Shown here piece by piece: positions 52,451-64,000 of a stretch of DNA of 64,000 bases (positions within the stretch are counted from its first letter, which is position 1; each line of letters opens with the position of its first letter). Under the pieces are notes generated by a model, which was not told the origin of the DNA, did not search any database, and saw nothing but the letters and a program-made list of their open reading frames with translations. The stretch comes from Mobula hypostoma (lineage: Eukaryota). The stretch covers positions 21,702,001 through 21,766,000 of the forward strand of contig NC_086097.1 of assembly GCF_963921235.1 (NCBI RefSeq). The letters are read 5' to 3'. A program made the position numbers and the translations under genes.

Positions 52451-53319
52451 GTCATATTTTAATGCTTTGAGGCTGCTTCACCATTCGTTACGATTGTCTA
52501 CCTCAGTACCATGTTCCTGCTTTCTCCCCAAACCCCATGATGCCTCTTGTACCTAAAAATCTATATATCCCCATCTTTAATGTATTCTATGACATAGCCT
52601 CCACCTGCATCCATGATAACAAATTCATTTTCACCTGCATCTGAGTGAAGGAATTTCTCCTCTTTGCAGTCCCAAATGCAAATCCTGAGATGGTGCATCC
52701 TGGTTCTAGGCACCCCAGCCAGAGGAAGCATTCTCCTCATATCCTGTTTGTCTAATGTTTGGGGGCGTATTTTAAGTTTCAAGTAAATTCCCTCCCATTC
52801 TTCTAAGCTCTACTTAATACTAATCTAATTGACTTAATTCAGATTTAGATTCAATTGATTTATGTATCACATGTTATTGAAAACATTCAGTGATACTGTA
52901 GATGTCATTTGTGTTAACAATCAATACAACCTATGTACTGGGGGCTGCCTGTAAGAGTCACTGCACATTCCAGTGCCAACAAAGTTTGCCCACGATCTTC
53001 AGCAGAACAGTACAGAACACAACAATGCTGAACACAATAAGCAGCAAAACAAGATGAGTCTGCTCGAAACATCGACTGTTCATTTCCATAGATGCTGCCT
53101 GACCTGTTGAGTTCTTCCAGCATTTTGTGTTTGTTTCTCTGGATTTACAGCATCTGCAGAACCTCTTAGATTCAAAATTAAAGATTCATTTATGATCAAA
53201 GAATGTATAAATTACACAACCTTGATGTTTGCTTACTCACAGGTGGCCACAAAGCAAGAAACCCAAAAGAACCCAATTAAAGAAAAAAAAGCATCAAAAT
53301 GAAAAATAAAAGAACAATA

Positions 53320-54115
53320 ATTGAATTTAGGAGCCGAGAGGTAATGTTGCAGCTGGTCAGACCCCACTTGGAGTACTGTGCTCAGTTCTGGTCGCCTCAC
53401 TACAGGAAGGATGTGGAAACCATAGAAAGGGTGCAACATACATCAAAGTTGCTGGTGAACACAGCAGGCCAGGCAGCATCTATAGGAAGAGGCGCAGTCG
53501 ACGTTTCAGGCCGAGACCCTTTGTCAGGACAAAGGGTCTCGGCCTGAAACGTCGACTGCGCCTCTTCCTATAGATGCTGCCTGGCCTGCTGCGTTCACCA
53601 GCAACTTTGATGTATGTTGCTTGAATTTCCAGCATCTGCAGAATTCCTGTTGAAAGGGTGCAAAGGAGATTTACAAGGATGTTGCCTGGATTGGGAAGCA
53701 TGCCTTATGAAAACGGGTTGACTGAACTTGGCCTTTTCCCTCTGGAGCGATGGAGGATGAGAGGTGACCTGACAGAGGTGTATGATGAGAGGAATTGATC
53801 GTGTGGATAGTCAGAGGCTTTTTCCCAGGGCTGAAATGGCTGCCACAAGAGAGCATAGGTTTAAGATGCTTCGGAGTAGGTACAGAGGAGATGTCAAGTA
53901 GACAGTGGTGAGTGCGTGGAATAGGCTGCCGCAACAGTGGTGGAGGTGGATACGATAGGGTCTTTTAAGAGACTTTTGGATAGGTACATGGAGCTTAGAA
54001 AAGTAGAGGGCTATGGGTAACCAGAGGTAATTTCTAAGGTAGGGACATGTTCGGCACAACTTTGTGGGCCGAAGGGCCTGTATTGTGCTGTAGGTTTTCT
54101 ATGTTTCTATGTTTC
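53320..54115 (+). mobile_element. Young-subfamily CR1 3' fragment carrying a Penelope fold-back insertion
   Basis: IEFRSREVMLQLVRPHLEYC; (TTTCTATG)n tail. Confidence 0.88.
53437..53651. mobile_element. Palindromic Penelope-terminus mini-element
   Basis: 93-bp arms (53433-53525 / 53528-53620, 1 mismatch); 12-bp TSD GAAAGGGTGCAA at 53425-53436 and 53652-53663. Confidence 0.9.
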
Positions 54116-56375
54116 TAATACTGGATGCACAAGAGAGAAAAAAATTAAAATCACGCAAACAATTGAAGCAAATAACAGCAGCATTCCAAACCAAAATTGA
54201 GTCCTTAGGTCCAAACCTCAGAGTAGCCTGGAGTAGGCCCAAAGCTTCTTATGTCTATGAACAACAAAATGAGCCTCTTTCTTTCCTCCCACCCCGACAC
54301 ATGGATAACTTTCAGCTCCAGGACTGGTCTAATTTTCCCTCATGTGGCAGTTCCTCCACCCCTGGCCTGCTGTTTTTCCAATTCCCCGTTGAAAGTAAAA
54401 GAAAAGCTGTAAATATTAGAAATCTGAAATGAAAATAGAAAATGCTGGAAACACATGGCAGGTCTGGCAGCATCTATGGAAGCGTTTCTTTCTCCACAGA
54501 TGCTGCTAGATTCGTCCAGTGTTCCCAGCGTTCTCTGCTTTCATTCCCCATTGAAAGCTCTGGTTGATTCCACTTCCAACCCCAGAGGCAGTTGGTGATA
54601 AATCACAAGCAAGCTTCATGAAAAATATTATCACAAATCTCCCCTATCTTCTAAATTCAGATTTCTGATTTATTTATCATGTGTACATTGAAACATACAC
54701 TGAAATGCATCATTTGCGTTAGCAACCAATGCAACCTCGGGATGTCCTGTGTGCAGCCCACAAGTATTGCCACACGTTCCAACGCCAACATAGCAAGCCC
54801 ACAGTGCTCGGCAAAACAACACAGATCACAGTAAGCGACAAAACAACAACAGCAAAACAAGCCCCATTCCTCTCTCCCAAACACTTCAAATTTAATTCCC
54901 CAATCCTTAAGCACTCTACTTAAGGAGGCATCTTCCTTTTATTTACCTGTTTAAATCCTTCAATAATATCTCTCCTTAAATCATCTTTTCTCCAAGGAGC
55001 ACATTACCGATGTAAAGTGTTCAGACTGTTTGTGTCGTTGCCTCTATTAGTATTTAACACAGGTAGATCTGTCAACTGAACGTCCTGATTTAAAAGCCAT
55101 AACTCTCTACTAACTGGTTCGCACTCCATTAAAAACGTATCTCAGTTCCTAAAGGTATACTTACACTCTTATGAGTTACTTCCTCTGTGAAAAGAACATT
55201 AAGCCCATATAAGTTAGTCACAGTTTGCATCTATTAAATTATATAACCTGTTTGCGTAGTGTAGTGGTTAGCGCAATTGCTGTACAATGCCAGCCTATAA
55301 GTTCGATTCCTGCCACTGTCTCTAAAGAGTTTGTATTGTACATTGTCCCTGCGACCACTTAGGTTTCCTCTGGGTGCTCTGGTTTCCTCCCACATTCCAA
55401 CGATGTATGATTAGGGTTAGTGAGTTGTGGTGAAGCTCGCCGACACTTGCGGGCTGGCCAGCATAATTCTTGCTGGTTTGATGCTAATGACGCATTTCAG
55501 TGTATACTTCAATGTCCATGTGATAAATAAAGCTAATCTTTATCTTTGTCAGTTAACTACTGACAGCAATGTACTGTGGTAAATGGAAATGAACTTCAGA
55601 ATACAGTCAGTCTCTTGGCCCTTTGTACACTGCACTCTACACTGTAAGCTGAATTTTTGATATCTCTAAAATATGCCTTTCAGATGTTGATAATTGGCCG
55701 TCTCTGAATTACAAGCAGGCTCCATTTTTAAGGCACACACAAAATGCTGGAGGAGCTCTCACAGATGCTGCCTGACGTGCTGAGTTCCTCCGGCATTTTG
55801 TGTGTTCTTCTGAATCTACCTCTCTGGATCACCTTCTAACCCTGGCATGACTGCCGTCAGCCTGTCTTGTCAAACACTGTATTTGGCAAACATTAAAAGG
55901 CCTACTCTAATATTTGCACGGAATTGTCTTCACAATGCTTCACAATCCTCCCGTAGGGCGTGCAGGTTAACTTGTGCTTGATCCAAGCCTGTCAGCAATT
56001 CTGTGAATAAAAAGAGACTTGCTATCATAAATGAGAAAGACTGCAGACGCTGGATATCTGAAACAGAAACAGAGAATGCTGGAGATATATATCAGGTCGG
56101 GCAGAATCTGTGGAGGCAGAAACAGAGTTAATGTTTCAGGGTGATATTTTAGTGAAAGTCTGTTAGCCTTTTTTGTCTAATTTTCTCCAGACATAATCAA
56201 TAATCACTTGCCACAGGCTTTTACTTTTCACCTTATCTGCAGATTCTTGTGATGTACAGCTTCTGTGCAACGCTCTTTTACACTCAATGTTCTAACTACT
56301 TGTTCTTCATCATGATGGATCACTGTCTTGCCACTCCTTTGGGCAACAACATTCCCAAACTCAATACATAAAATA

Positions 56376-56645
56376 CCCTCAAAGGCCACTTTATTAGGTA
56401 CGCCTGTACACCTACTGATCAATGCCAATATCTAATCAGCTAATCATGTGGCAGCAGCTCAGTGTATAAAACCATACAGACTGGGTCATCAGAATGGGGA
56501 AGAAATGTGATCTAAGTGACTTTGACTTTGGAATGATTGTTGGTGCCAGACGGGGTGGTTTGAGTATCTCAGACACTGGGATTTTCACGCACGACGGTTT
56601 CCAGAATTTGCAGAGAATAGTGCACAAACAAAAAATATCCAGTAG
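56376..56645 (+). mobile_element. Tc1 fragment (TIR + transposase N-terminus)
   Basis: GGCCACTTTATTAGGTAC TIR; MGKKCDLSDFDFGMIVGARRGGLSIS. Confidence 0.8.
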
Positions 56646-57437
56646 GCTCTTTTGTGCTGTTGCTTGCACTAGAGGGTAAGAGGCAGCGCTAACAACAGAA
56701 CATCCTTTATTAAAGGCAGAAACTCCTTTGAAAAAGCACTGTCTGATACAACAGTGCACACCCACCAGGTCTTAAATGTATACCCATCATTGCCGATTAA
56801 CTGGACTCTGAAAACTCACACTCGCTCCCCAAACATACTTTATTACTTGTGCACAAGGAGTACGGCATGGCTCCTGTCATCACACTGTTCTGAAGTTTGA
56901 ACAGAGAAATAATATTTTTATACAGGATTGACTAGCAGTTACAGACATTGACTAATTAGTAACCTTGTATATGTTCAGATTCCTTATGTGAAAGTGCCAT
57001 CGCCATTCACAATACAGGTGATAGAATTTAAAAGAAACTAAAAGCTAACAACTGATGATACTTTGAAGTTAGTAAAGTAGTTGTCCCTTAGTTGGTTTGT
57101 GTGGGCTCATGCATCTTTTGATTACATCCTATCCTGTCTTCATATGCCAAATTACTCTGATATCCCGCTATGCAAAGAAAAGCTATGTTTTTCAAAGACC
57201 TTTCTTGTCTGGACTACACCTTGTGCATTTCAACATTCTTATACATACCCTGGCTTCTACAGTCCAATGCTGTGGATGAAATTACTTTTCCTTGGAAACA
57301 TTCTTGTAAATCTGATATAGATATCTCTGTGCACACACCAAAGCTCATTATCAGAAACAGAATCAGGTTTATTCTCACTGACAAATGTGATGAAAGTTGT
57401 TGTGTTGCTGCAGCAGCAGAGTGTAATACATAAAATA

Positions 57438-58025
57438 CATACTGTGGCCAACTTAATAGGTACTCCTGTACACCTCGTTAACACAAATATCTAATCCGTC
57501 AATCATGGGGCAGTGACTCAATGCATAAAAGCATGCAGACATAGTCAAGAGGTTCAGTTGTTGTTTAGACCAAACATCAGGTGGGGAAGAAATGTGATCT
57601 AAGTGACTTTGACTGTGGAATGATTGTTGGTGCCAGATAGGGTGGTATCTCAGAAACTGCTGATCCCCTGAGGTTTTCATACATCTGGAGTTTACAGAGA
57701 ATGGTGCAAAAAACAGAAAAAAAAATCCAGTGAGCAGCAGTTCTGTCGGAAAAGCTCCTTGTTGATGAGAAAAGTGGGAAAAGCACCTTGTCCTGCCGAA
57801 GGGTTTCAGCCCAAAACATCGACGATACTCTTTTCCATAGATGCTGCCCGGCCTGCTGAGTTCCTCCAGCATTTCGTGTGTGTTGCTCGGATTTCCAGCG
57901 TTTGCAGATTTTCTCTTGTTTGTTAATGAGAGAGGTCAGAGGAGAATGGCCAGACTGTTTCAAGCTGAGAGGAAGGCAACAGTACCTCAAATAACTACGT
58001 GCTACAACAGTGTGCAGAAGTGCAT
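57438..58025 (+). mobile_element. Tc1 fragment interrupted by a Penelope terminus (~57788-57920)
   Basis: Same family as 56376-56645. Confidence 0.78.
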
Positions 58026-58113
58026 ATTCAAGTTCAGGTTCAAGTTTAATTGTCATTTAACATCATGCTAGTGGTAGTCCTTCGGATTCGAAGAAGACAT
58101 GCTGTTGTGCAAT

Positions 58114-59960
58114 TCATCTGTGGACACGGAGGTGGCTCTGCAGGCCCAGTCTGGAAGCGCAGAGTCTAGCACAATGGGGGCACTGGAAGTCCGTTGTTGT
58201 AATAATTGTGGCTGCTGTTCTGTGATGCCGCTCAGTGACAAGTCTGTTCAGGAGAATGCAGGCAAAAATCTTGCCTGCAATGGACAGCAGTGAGATAGCC
58301 CTGTAGTGTCCGCAGTCTGATTTGCTTCCCTTGTTCTCGTAGAGAGCCATGATGAGAGCGTTGCTGAAGTCGTCAGTCATCTCCTCTGTGATCCGGATGT
58401 CTTGGAACGCCTGTAAGGCGTTTGGGCCTAATGCTTTGTAGATCTCGGCAGGAATGCCATCCTGCCCTGTTGCTTTATTTGAGTTCATCTGCGAGATCGC
58501 TCTCTTGATCTCATCAGTAGAGGGCAGCAGGTCTAGGTCATCCAGGACTGGCTGCTGAGGAATCTGCTGTAAGACATCAGGATCAACTGTGGACGGCCTA
58601 TTGAGTAGGTTGAAAAAGTGTTCAGCCCAGCGGATTTTCAGTCCTTCCTGGTCTTTGGTCAGGCTCGACCCGTCAGATGACAGCAAGGGGGAGCATCCTG
58701 ATTTAGAAAGACAACAAGCTGACTTTATGGCGCTGAAGAACTCTCTGGTGGTATGCATGTCTGCATAGCGTTCCACCTGCTCAGCCTTTCTCTGCCACCA
58801 CTCGTCCTGCATTTCTCGCAGTTCTGCCCGTACTTTGGACTGCAGGTGTTTAAACTTGTCTGTCTTTGAGACAGATGACCGGTCATTCTGCCAGTCTGCA
58901 TAGGCCTTGTTCTTGGCCTGAAGGGCTGCTGAAATGGTCTCGTGGTTTTCATCAAACCAGTCTTGATGCACTCGGGTTTTCTGTCCGAGTACAGTTGTTG
59001 CAGTCTGCGCGATGACATCTTTGAACTGCGTCCACTTTTCAGAACAAGTTCCCACAAGCGGTGAATTGCCGGAGAGTTTTTCATTAAGTATATCTCGAAA
59101 ACGTTGGACTTGACCTGGGTCTTGCAGCCTGCCAATGTTGAATGACACTCTGACAGTCTTTGGCTGCTTACGATGCAAAGGGGCTACATGCAGGTTGAGG
59201 ACCGACCGAACCAGCCTGTGATCTGTCCAACACTCAGCACCTCGCGTGGCCTGGGTGATGGTGATGTCTTGAAGGTCACGCTGGCGTACTATGACATAGT
59301 CGAGTAGGTGCCAGTGTTTCGATCTGGGACGCATCCGGGTTGTTTTGTATTTGTTTGCAAGTCTGAACATCGTGTTAGTGATGCACAGGTTGTGCTCGGC
59401 ACACTTGCTCAGAAATAGCAGGCCGTTACTGTTTAGTTTTCCCACCCCATGTCTCCCAAGGACTCCATCCCAGTTGTCGCTGTCTGTCCCCACCCTAGCG
59501 TTGAAGTCACCCAAGTTGACGAGTTTGTCGCTGGCAGGGGTTGTCTGAATAGTCTGGTCCAGGTCCTTGTAGAACCTTTCCTTGTCTTCGTATGGACTCA
59601 TGAGAGTTGGTGCATAGACACTGACTATGGTAATATACCGGGACTTGCTGAGAGGAAAGCGGAACTTAGGGATATTCTTCAGCTAAGCAGTATTGATTGC
59701 AAAACCTACTCCGTGGATCCTGTTGTCAGTCTGTGATTTCCCTTTCCAAAAGAACGTATATCCACTCGCTGCTTCCTGTAATGAACCCTCGTCTACAAGC
59801 CTAGTCTCACTGAGTGCAGCGATATCAATGCGATAATGGCGAAGTTCAGTCGCTATGAGTGCTGTTCGTCTTTCAGGCCTTGCCACCTTGTCTCTAGCCA
59901 GCAAGATGCGGACGTTTCAGGCTCCAAAGATGAGTTTTCTTTGATTTGTTTTTCTTGATG
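58114..59960 (-). pseudogene. RTE ORF remnant (stop/frameshift in EN; 495-aa open segment 58114-59601)
   Basis: ORF track shows 59683-59904 and 58114-59601; no QG..LSP or YADD motifs. Confidence 0.85.
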
Positions 59961-60588
59961 CATGTCGACCGCTAAGGAGATGATCTGCCAGCCGCGGTTA
60001 GCTAGCCAGATGTTGTGGGGCAGGCAATGTTTAGGGTACCTTTTCTAACCCCCTCCCTCATGCGAGGGTGGGCAGTGCTGTCCTAAAAAGGGCTGCCCAG
60101 TCGCCCTGGATGCTACTGGACATCTCTGCTGCCCCGGGTACAGAGACGAACGACCAGTGGTCCAAAAGCCGCCTACGTGCAGGTTTGTGACTACAACTGC
60201 CAGTGTTCCGCCTGTTGCTTCGCCACTCCCCCATCGCCGCAGGGCTTGACGAGTTGAGTTCGGACTGAGATGAATCGCACAACAGAAACCCATGCGTGAT
60301 GGAGTTTTAAGTGGAACAGCCGTTGCACAGAGGCAATCCCACTCTCTCGGCAGATGAGACCTTGATCCAGTGGCACGGACAACCATTACGGCTGGAGGTC
60401 TCTCCTGCTGCAGTGGATGACCAGGACGTCTAAGTGTCTTGTCGTGCTCTCAGCGCTCCACAATGCCTGCTGAGCCTCCCTTCTGGACCATTAATCCGTC
60501 TCCTCCGCTCAATCTGCCAGGGCCAGACTTCACATGCTGGGACAGGCAGTTCCCCACCTCACTGAGGGTTGAAGACCCATCGGCTACC

Positions 60589-60779
60589 CTCACCTCGTTT
60601 GGCCCGTCTGCTGAAACAGTTTCCCAGAGTGTGGCTGCTACGCGTGTTACGGCTACTTGGAGCCACAGGTGAGACCTGAGCGCCAGGTGGGCACCAAATG
60701 TGGACAAGCTGCCCTGAAAAGGGCACGGCAGGCCCCCCCACCAGAGGTGTTACCCCTCCCTAGACACCCCATACACCCC
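60589..60779 (-). ncRNA. Candidate HDV-like ribozyme (copy 2) at the RTE 5' end
   Basis: P1 GGGGUGU/ACACUCU with G1-U wobble followed by GG (P1.1); P2 CUCACCUGU/AC(G)AGGUGAG; P3 GGC/GCC, L3 starting UCC; P4 CUGUUU/AGACGG; J4/2 GCCAA. Confidence 0.55.
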
Positions 60780-60981
60780 ATGAATACCCTTGAATACAGA
60801 CAAATGAAACAGCGTTACTCCGGGGGCATAGTGTAAAACTCAGTACCAACAGTCAAACACAGCACAAGGGACATAAGAGAGCAATAACACACAGTCAAAC
60901 AAAAATATAATACAAAAATATATTTTTGAATATACTACATGTTAATGGGGTACAGCAGCAGAAGACCACAAGAATACTGTA

Positions 60982-61038
60982 CATTCTGTGGCCACTTTAT
61001 TGGGGACAGGATGTACCTAATATAGTGGCCTGTGAGTG
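60982..61038. mobile_element. 57-bp Tc1 TIR-only mini element
   Basis: CATTCTGTGGCCACTTTATT..AATATAGTGGCCTGTGAGTG flanked by TA on both sides. Confidence 0.6.
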
Positions 61039-61943
61039 TATACTATAAATTAAAATAAGAAATATAAATTTAAAAAAATAAATAAGTAAAGCAAAAATAA
61101 TGAGGTCGTGTTCTTGGATCATTCAGAAATTTAATGTTGGATGAGGAAAAATCTGCTGCTAAAACCTCAAATGTATATCTTCGCATTCAACATTGAGTGT
61201 GAATTTTTTACTGTCCCATCTTAATAGCTTACTTTGTTCTCAGAGCTGAGGTTGGAGTTTTTCGGCATAAGTGTGTTGTGCATTTTATAGATTTAGTTTG
61301 TTGAGATACATGGGTCCCATATCACACCACGTTTTGTATGTTTTACATTGACACAAAAATGGTGATTTTAGCTGCGGCCATTTGTTATACACGTCTCTGA
61401 TGTCTTCGATTGTTTATTGCCGTTTGGACATTCGACACGAGTGCTCATTAGTTCTTGGTATTAGTTGTGCCCGACCTTGTCATTGCAGCTGTAACAGAAT
61501 CAATCTTTAATATGTGGGCGTATATTTAATATTTACAAATGCTTACCAAGGCTGTATAACCTGGTGAATGTATACCAGTGTCACTCACCTCCACAAAGCT
61601 GAGATCAGGGAGCATAGTAATGTTAGAAGTACAACTGGGAGTTTTACTCCTGGCGCATGCTCTTCCGTTCAGCAAGATCACCTTATTTTGAGTCTTCTAG
61701 ATTCCTCAGCATTTTGCGCTGTACCTACACTGTTGGAAACTTCATTGAGGTCACCCTTCATTCTTTTAAACTCTGGAGAACAGAGGTTTATCAACAGGAG
61801 AAAGTCTGCAGATGCTGGAGATCCAAAGCAACACACACAAAATGCTGGAGGATCTCAGCAGGTCAAACAGCATCTATGGAAAAGAGTAAACAGTCTGAGA
61901 CCCTTCTTCAGGACAGAAATAGAGGTTTATCTGCTCAGTTGGA

Positions 61944-62790
61944 CTCCTAATAAAGTATAGCCGCTGTCTTGCCTTCTTTATGACTACATCAATATGTTGG
62001 GACCAGTTTAGATCCTCAAAGATCTTGACACCCAGGAACTTGAAGCTGCTCACCATCTCCACTTCTGATCCCTCTATGAGGATTGGTATGTGTTCCTTCG
62101 TCTTACCCTTCCTGAAGTCCACAATCAGCTTTTTCATCTTACTGATGTTGAGTGCCAGGTTGTTGCTGTGGCACCATTCCACTAGTTGACATATCTCACT
62201 CCTGTACGCCCTCTCATCACCCCCTGAGATTCTACCAACAGTGGTTGTATCATCAGCAAATTTGTAGATGGTATTTGAGCCTTGCCTAGCCACATATTCA
62301 TATGTATACAGAGAGTAGAGCAGTGGGCTAAGCACACTCCCCTGAGGTGCGTCAGTGTTGATCGTCAGCGAAGAGGATATGTTATCACCAATCCACACAG
62401 ATTGTGGTCTTCCGGTTAGGAAGTCGAGGATCCAATTACAGAGGGAGGTACAGAGGCCCAGGTTCTGCAACTTCTCAATCAGGATTGTGGGAATGATGGT
62501 ATTAAATGCTGAGCTACAGTATAGTGGATGGACAGCATCCTGATGTAGGTGTTTGTGTTGTCCAGGTGGTCTAAAGCTGTGTGAAGAGCCATGGAGATTG
62601 CGTCTGCTGTTGACCTATTGTGACAATAGACAAATTGCAATGTGTCCAGGTCCTTGCTGAGGCAGGAGTTCGGTCTAGTCATAACCAACCTCTCAAAGCA
62701 TTTCATCACTGTCGATGTGAGTACTACCAGGCGATAGTTGTTAAGGCAGCCCACATTATTGTTCTTTGGCACTGGTATAATTGTTAAACT
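61944..62790 (-). mobile_element. Rex1/Babar-clade RT fragment
   Basis: [59 protein letters not shown]. Confidence 0.88.
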
Positions 62791-63565
62791 TATCTTATAT
62801 GTTGAAATCAAGTTTGCATGCACTACTTGTGCTGGCAGCTCGTTCCGCACTTTAACAACCCCCTGTGTGAAGATGTTTTCCCTCATGTTCCCTTTAAACT
62901 TTTCACCTTCCATGTCTTACCCATGACCTCAAGTTGTAGTTCCACCCAATCTCAGCGGAGATTGAAAAATATTTGAAAGATGGAGAAACTGAGCATTCTG
63001 GGCAGATGTGGGGTTGAGGTTTGGGGTAGGTCAGCCGTGAGCATGGCTGAAGGGCCTGGTGGCTACAACTCCACCTCTGACATCTTTGTGTCCTGGCCAG
63101 CAAAACCCAACTCCTATAAATGAATTTAAGTGCTGTACAGTGTGTATCCAGTACTCTAAGTACATAGGTCTTCCTTCTGTGTGTGGGATGTCTTGCTGTT
63201 CTTATACGTATACGTATACTTATACTTTATACTTTATTGTCGTCAAACAATTGGTACTAGAACGTGCAATCATCACAGCGATATTTGATTCTGCACTTCC
63301 CACTCCCTGAATTACAAATATTAAATATTAGAAATATTAGAAATAGTTAAAATTAGTAAATATTAAAAATTTAAATTATAAATCATAAATAGAAAATAGA
63401 AAAATGGGAAGTAAGGTAGTGCAAAAAAACCGAGAGACAGGTCCGGATATTTGATTGCAGGGGATCGCTCATGTCTGCGTGATCCCTGGCTATTTTGCTC
63501 CCAAAACCCTGCTGGTTTCTCCCTTTCAAAGTTCAAAAGTTCAAAGTAAATTTATTATCAAAGTA

Positions 63566-64000
63566 TAGTGCCTTGTAAAAGTACTCAGCTCCCAACCCTT
63601 TGTTCACATTAGTGAGTATTACAACCAAGGATTTCGATTAATTTAACAGAAATTTTTAAATTTGTGAATCACATGCCCCTTTTTTCACAGTAGAGCTCCC
63701 AAACAGGGAAAATTGTAAAGCATGAAAAACTAAAAATTCGAAAACTGTAATGTCAGCAATTCAAAAGTATTCATCCTACCTTGCTTCATACTTAGTTGGA
63801 CTACCTCTTGCAGCTATTACAGCCAGAAGTCTTTTTGAATAAATCTCTATCAACTTTGCACAACGTGATGGAGCAAGATTTGCTCATTCCTCCTTGCAAA
63901 ATTGCTGAAGCTGTGCAGGGTTAATTGGGGAGCTGTGGTGGACAGCAATCTCGAAGTCTCCCCAGAGACATTTGATTGGGTTGAGGTCAGGACTCTGACT
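63566..64000 (-). mobile_element. Tc1 transposon 3' end (TIR + transposase C-terminus), continues beyond the window
   Basis: TA followed by AGTGCCTTGTAAAAGTA TIR, with inner repeat AAAAGTATTCA at ~63763; minus strand SQSPDLNPI..QFCKEE*AN..CAKLIE..KRLLAVIAARG..TKY. Confidence 0.85.

Larger units (their letters stand above)
58068..60780 (-). mobile_element. RTE-clade LINE with complete 5'UTR and 3' end but the RT core deleted
   Basis: EN: IDIAALSETRL, GYTFFWKG, GVGFAI, LGDFNARVG, HLLDYVIV, TDHRLV; RT start KATGQDGIPAE, YRAISLLSIAGKIF; C-terminal CPHC..SHLRVH. Confidence 0.92.

Noticed and set aside
56228..56372. Minus-strand open frame resembling a coding exon
   Set aside because: Weak acceptor, abuts a Tc1 TIR, and no recognisable protein similarity.
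61585..61725. Minus-strand exon with donor GAG|GTGAGT and signal-peptide-like GVKLPVVLLTLLCSLISALW
   Set aside because: No in-frame ATG or convincing acceptor; upstream stops in all frames.

Overview
Vertebrate-type genomic DNA, most likely from a cartilaginous fish (ray or shark; inferred from the repeat families). No host protein-coding exon could be supported. The window is mostly a nested mosaic of CR1 LINE fragments, Penelope-like (GIY-YIG) elements, Rex1/Babar fragments, RTE derivatives, tRNA-derived SINEs, and Tc1 and hAT MITEs. Four things stand out. (1) A young L1 at 38839-44740 has a 14-bp TSD and two uninterrupted ORFs, but the 5'UTR+ORF1 block is inverted, so ORF1 (-) and ORF2 (+) diverge. 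The flipped block is bounded by ~17-bp imperfect inverted repeats. (2) A candidate HDV-like self-cleaving ribozyme with an atypical ~20-nt insertion starts at the 5' end of two diverged RTE derivatives (20716-20907 and 60589-60779, both -), and the two copies show compensatory changes. (3) About 11 decayed copies of a minimal type-I hammerhead motif sit in Penelope termini. (4) A TSD-flanked Penelope fold-back with 93-bp arms. RNA structures were assigned by eye, and boundaries of degraded repeats are approximate.
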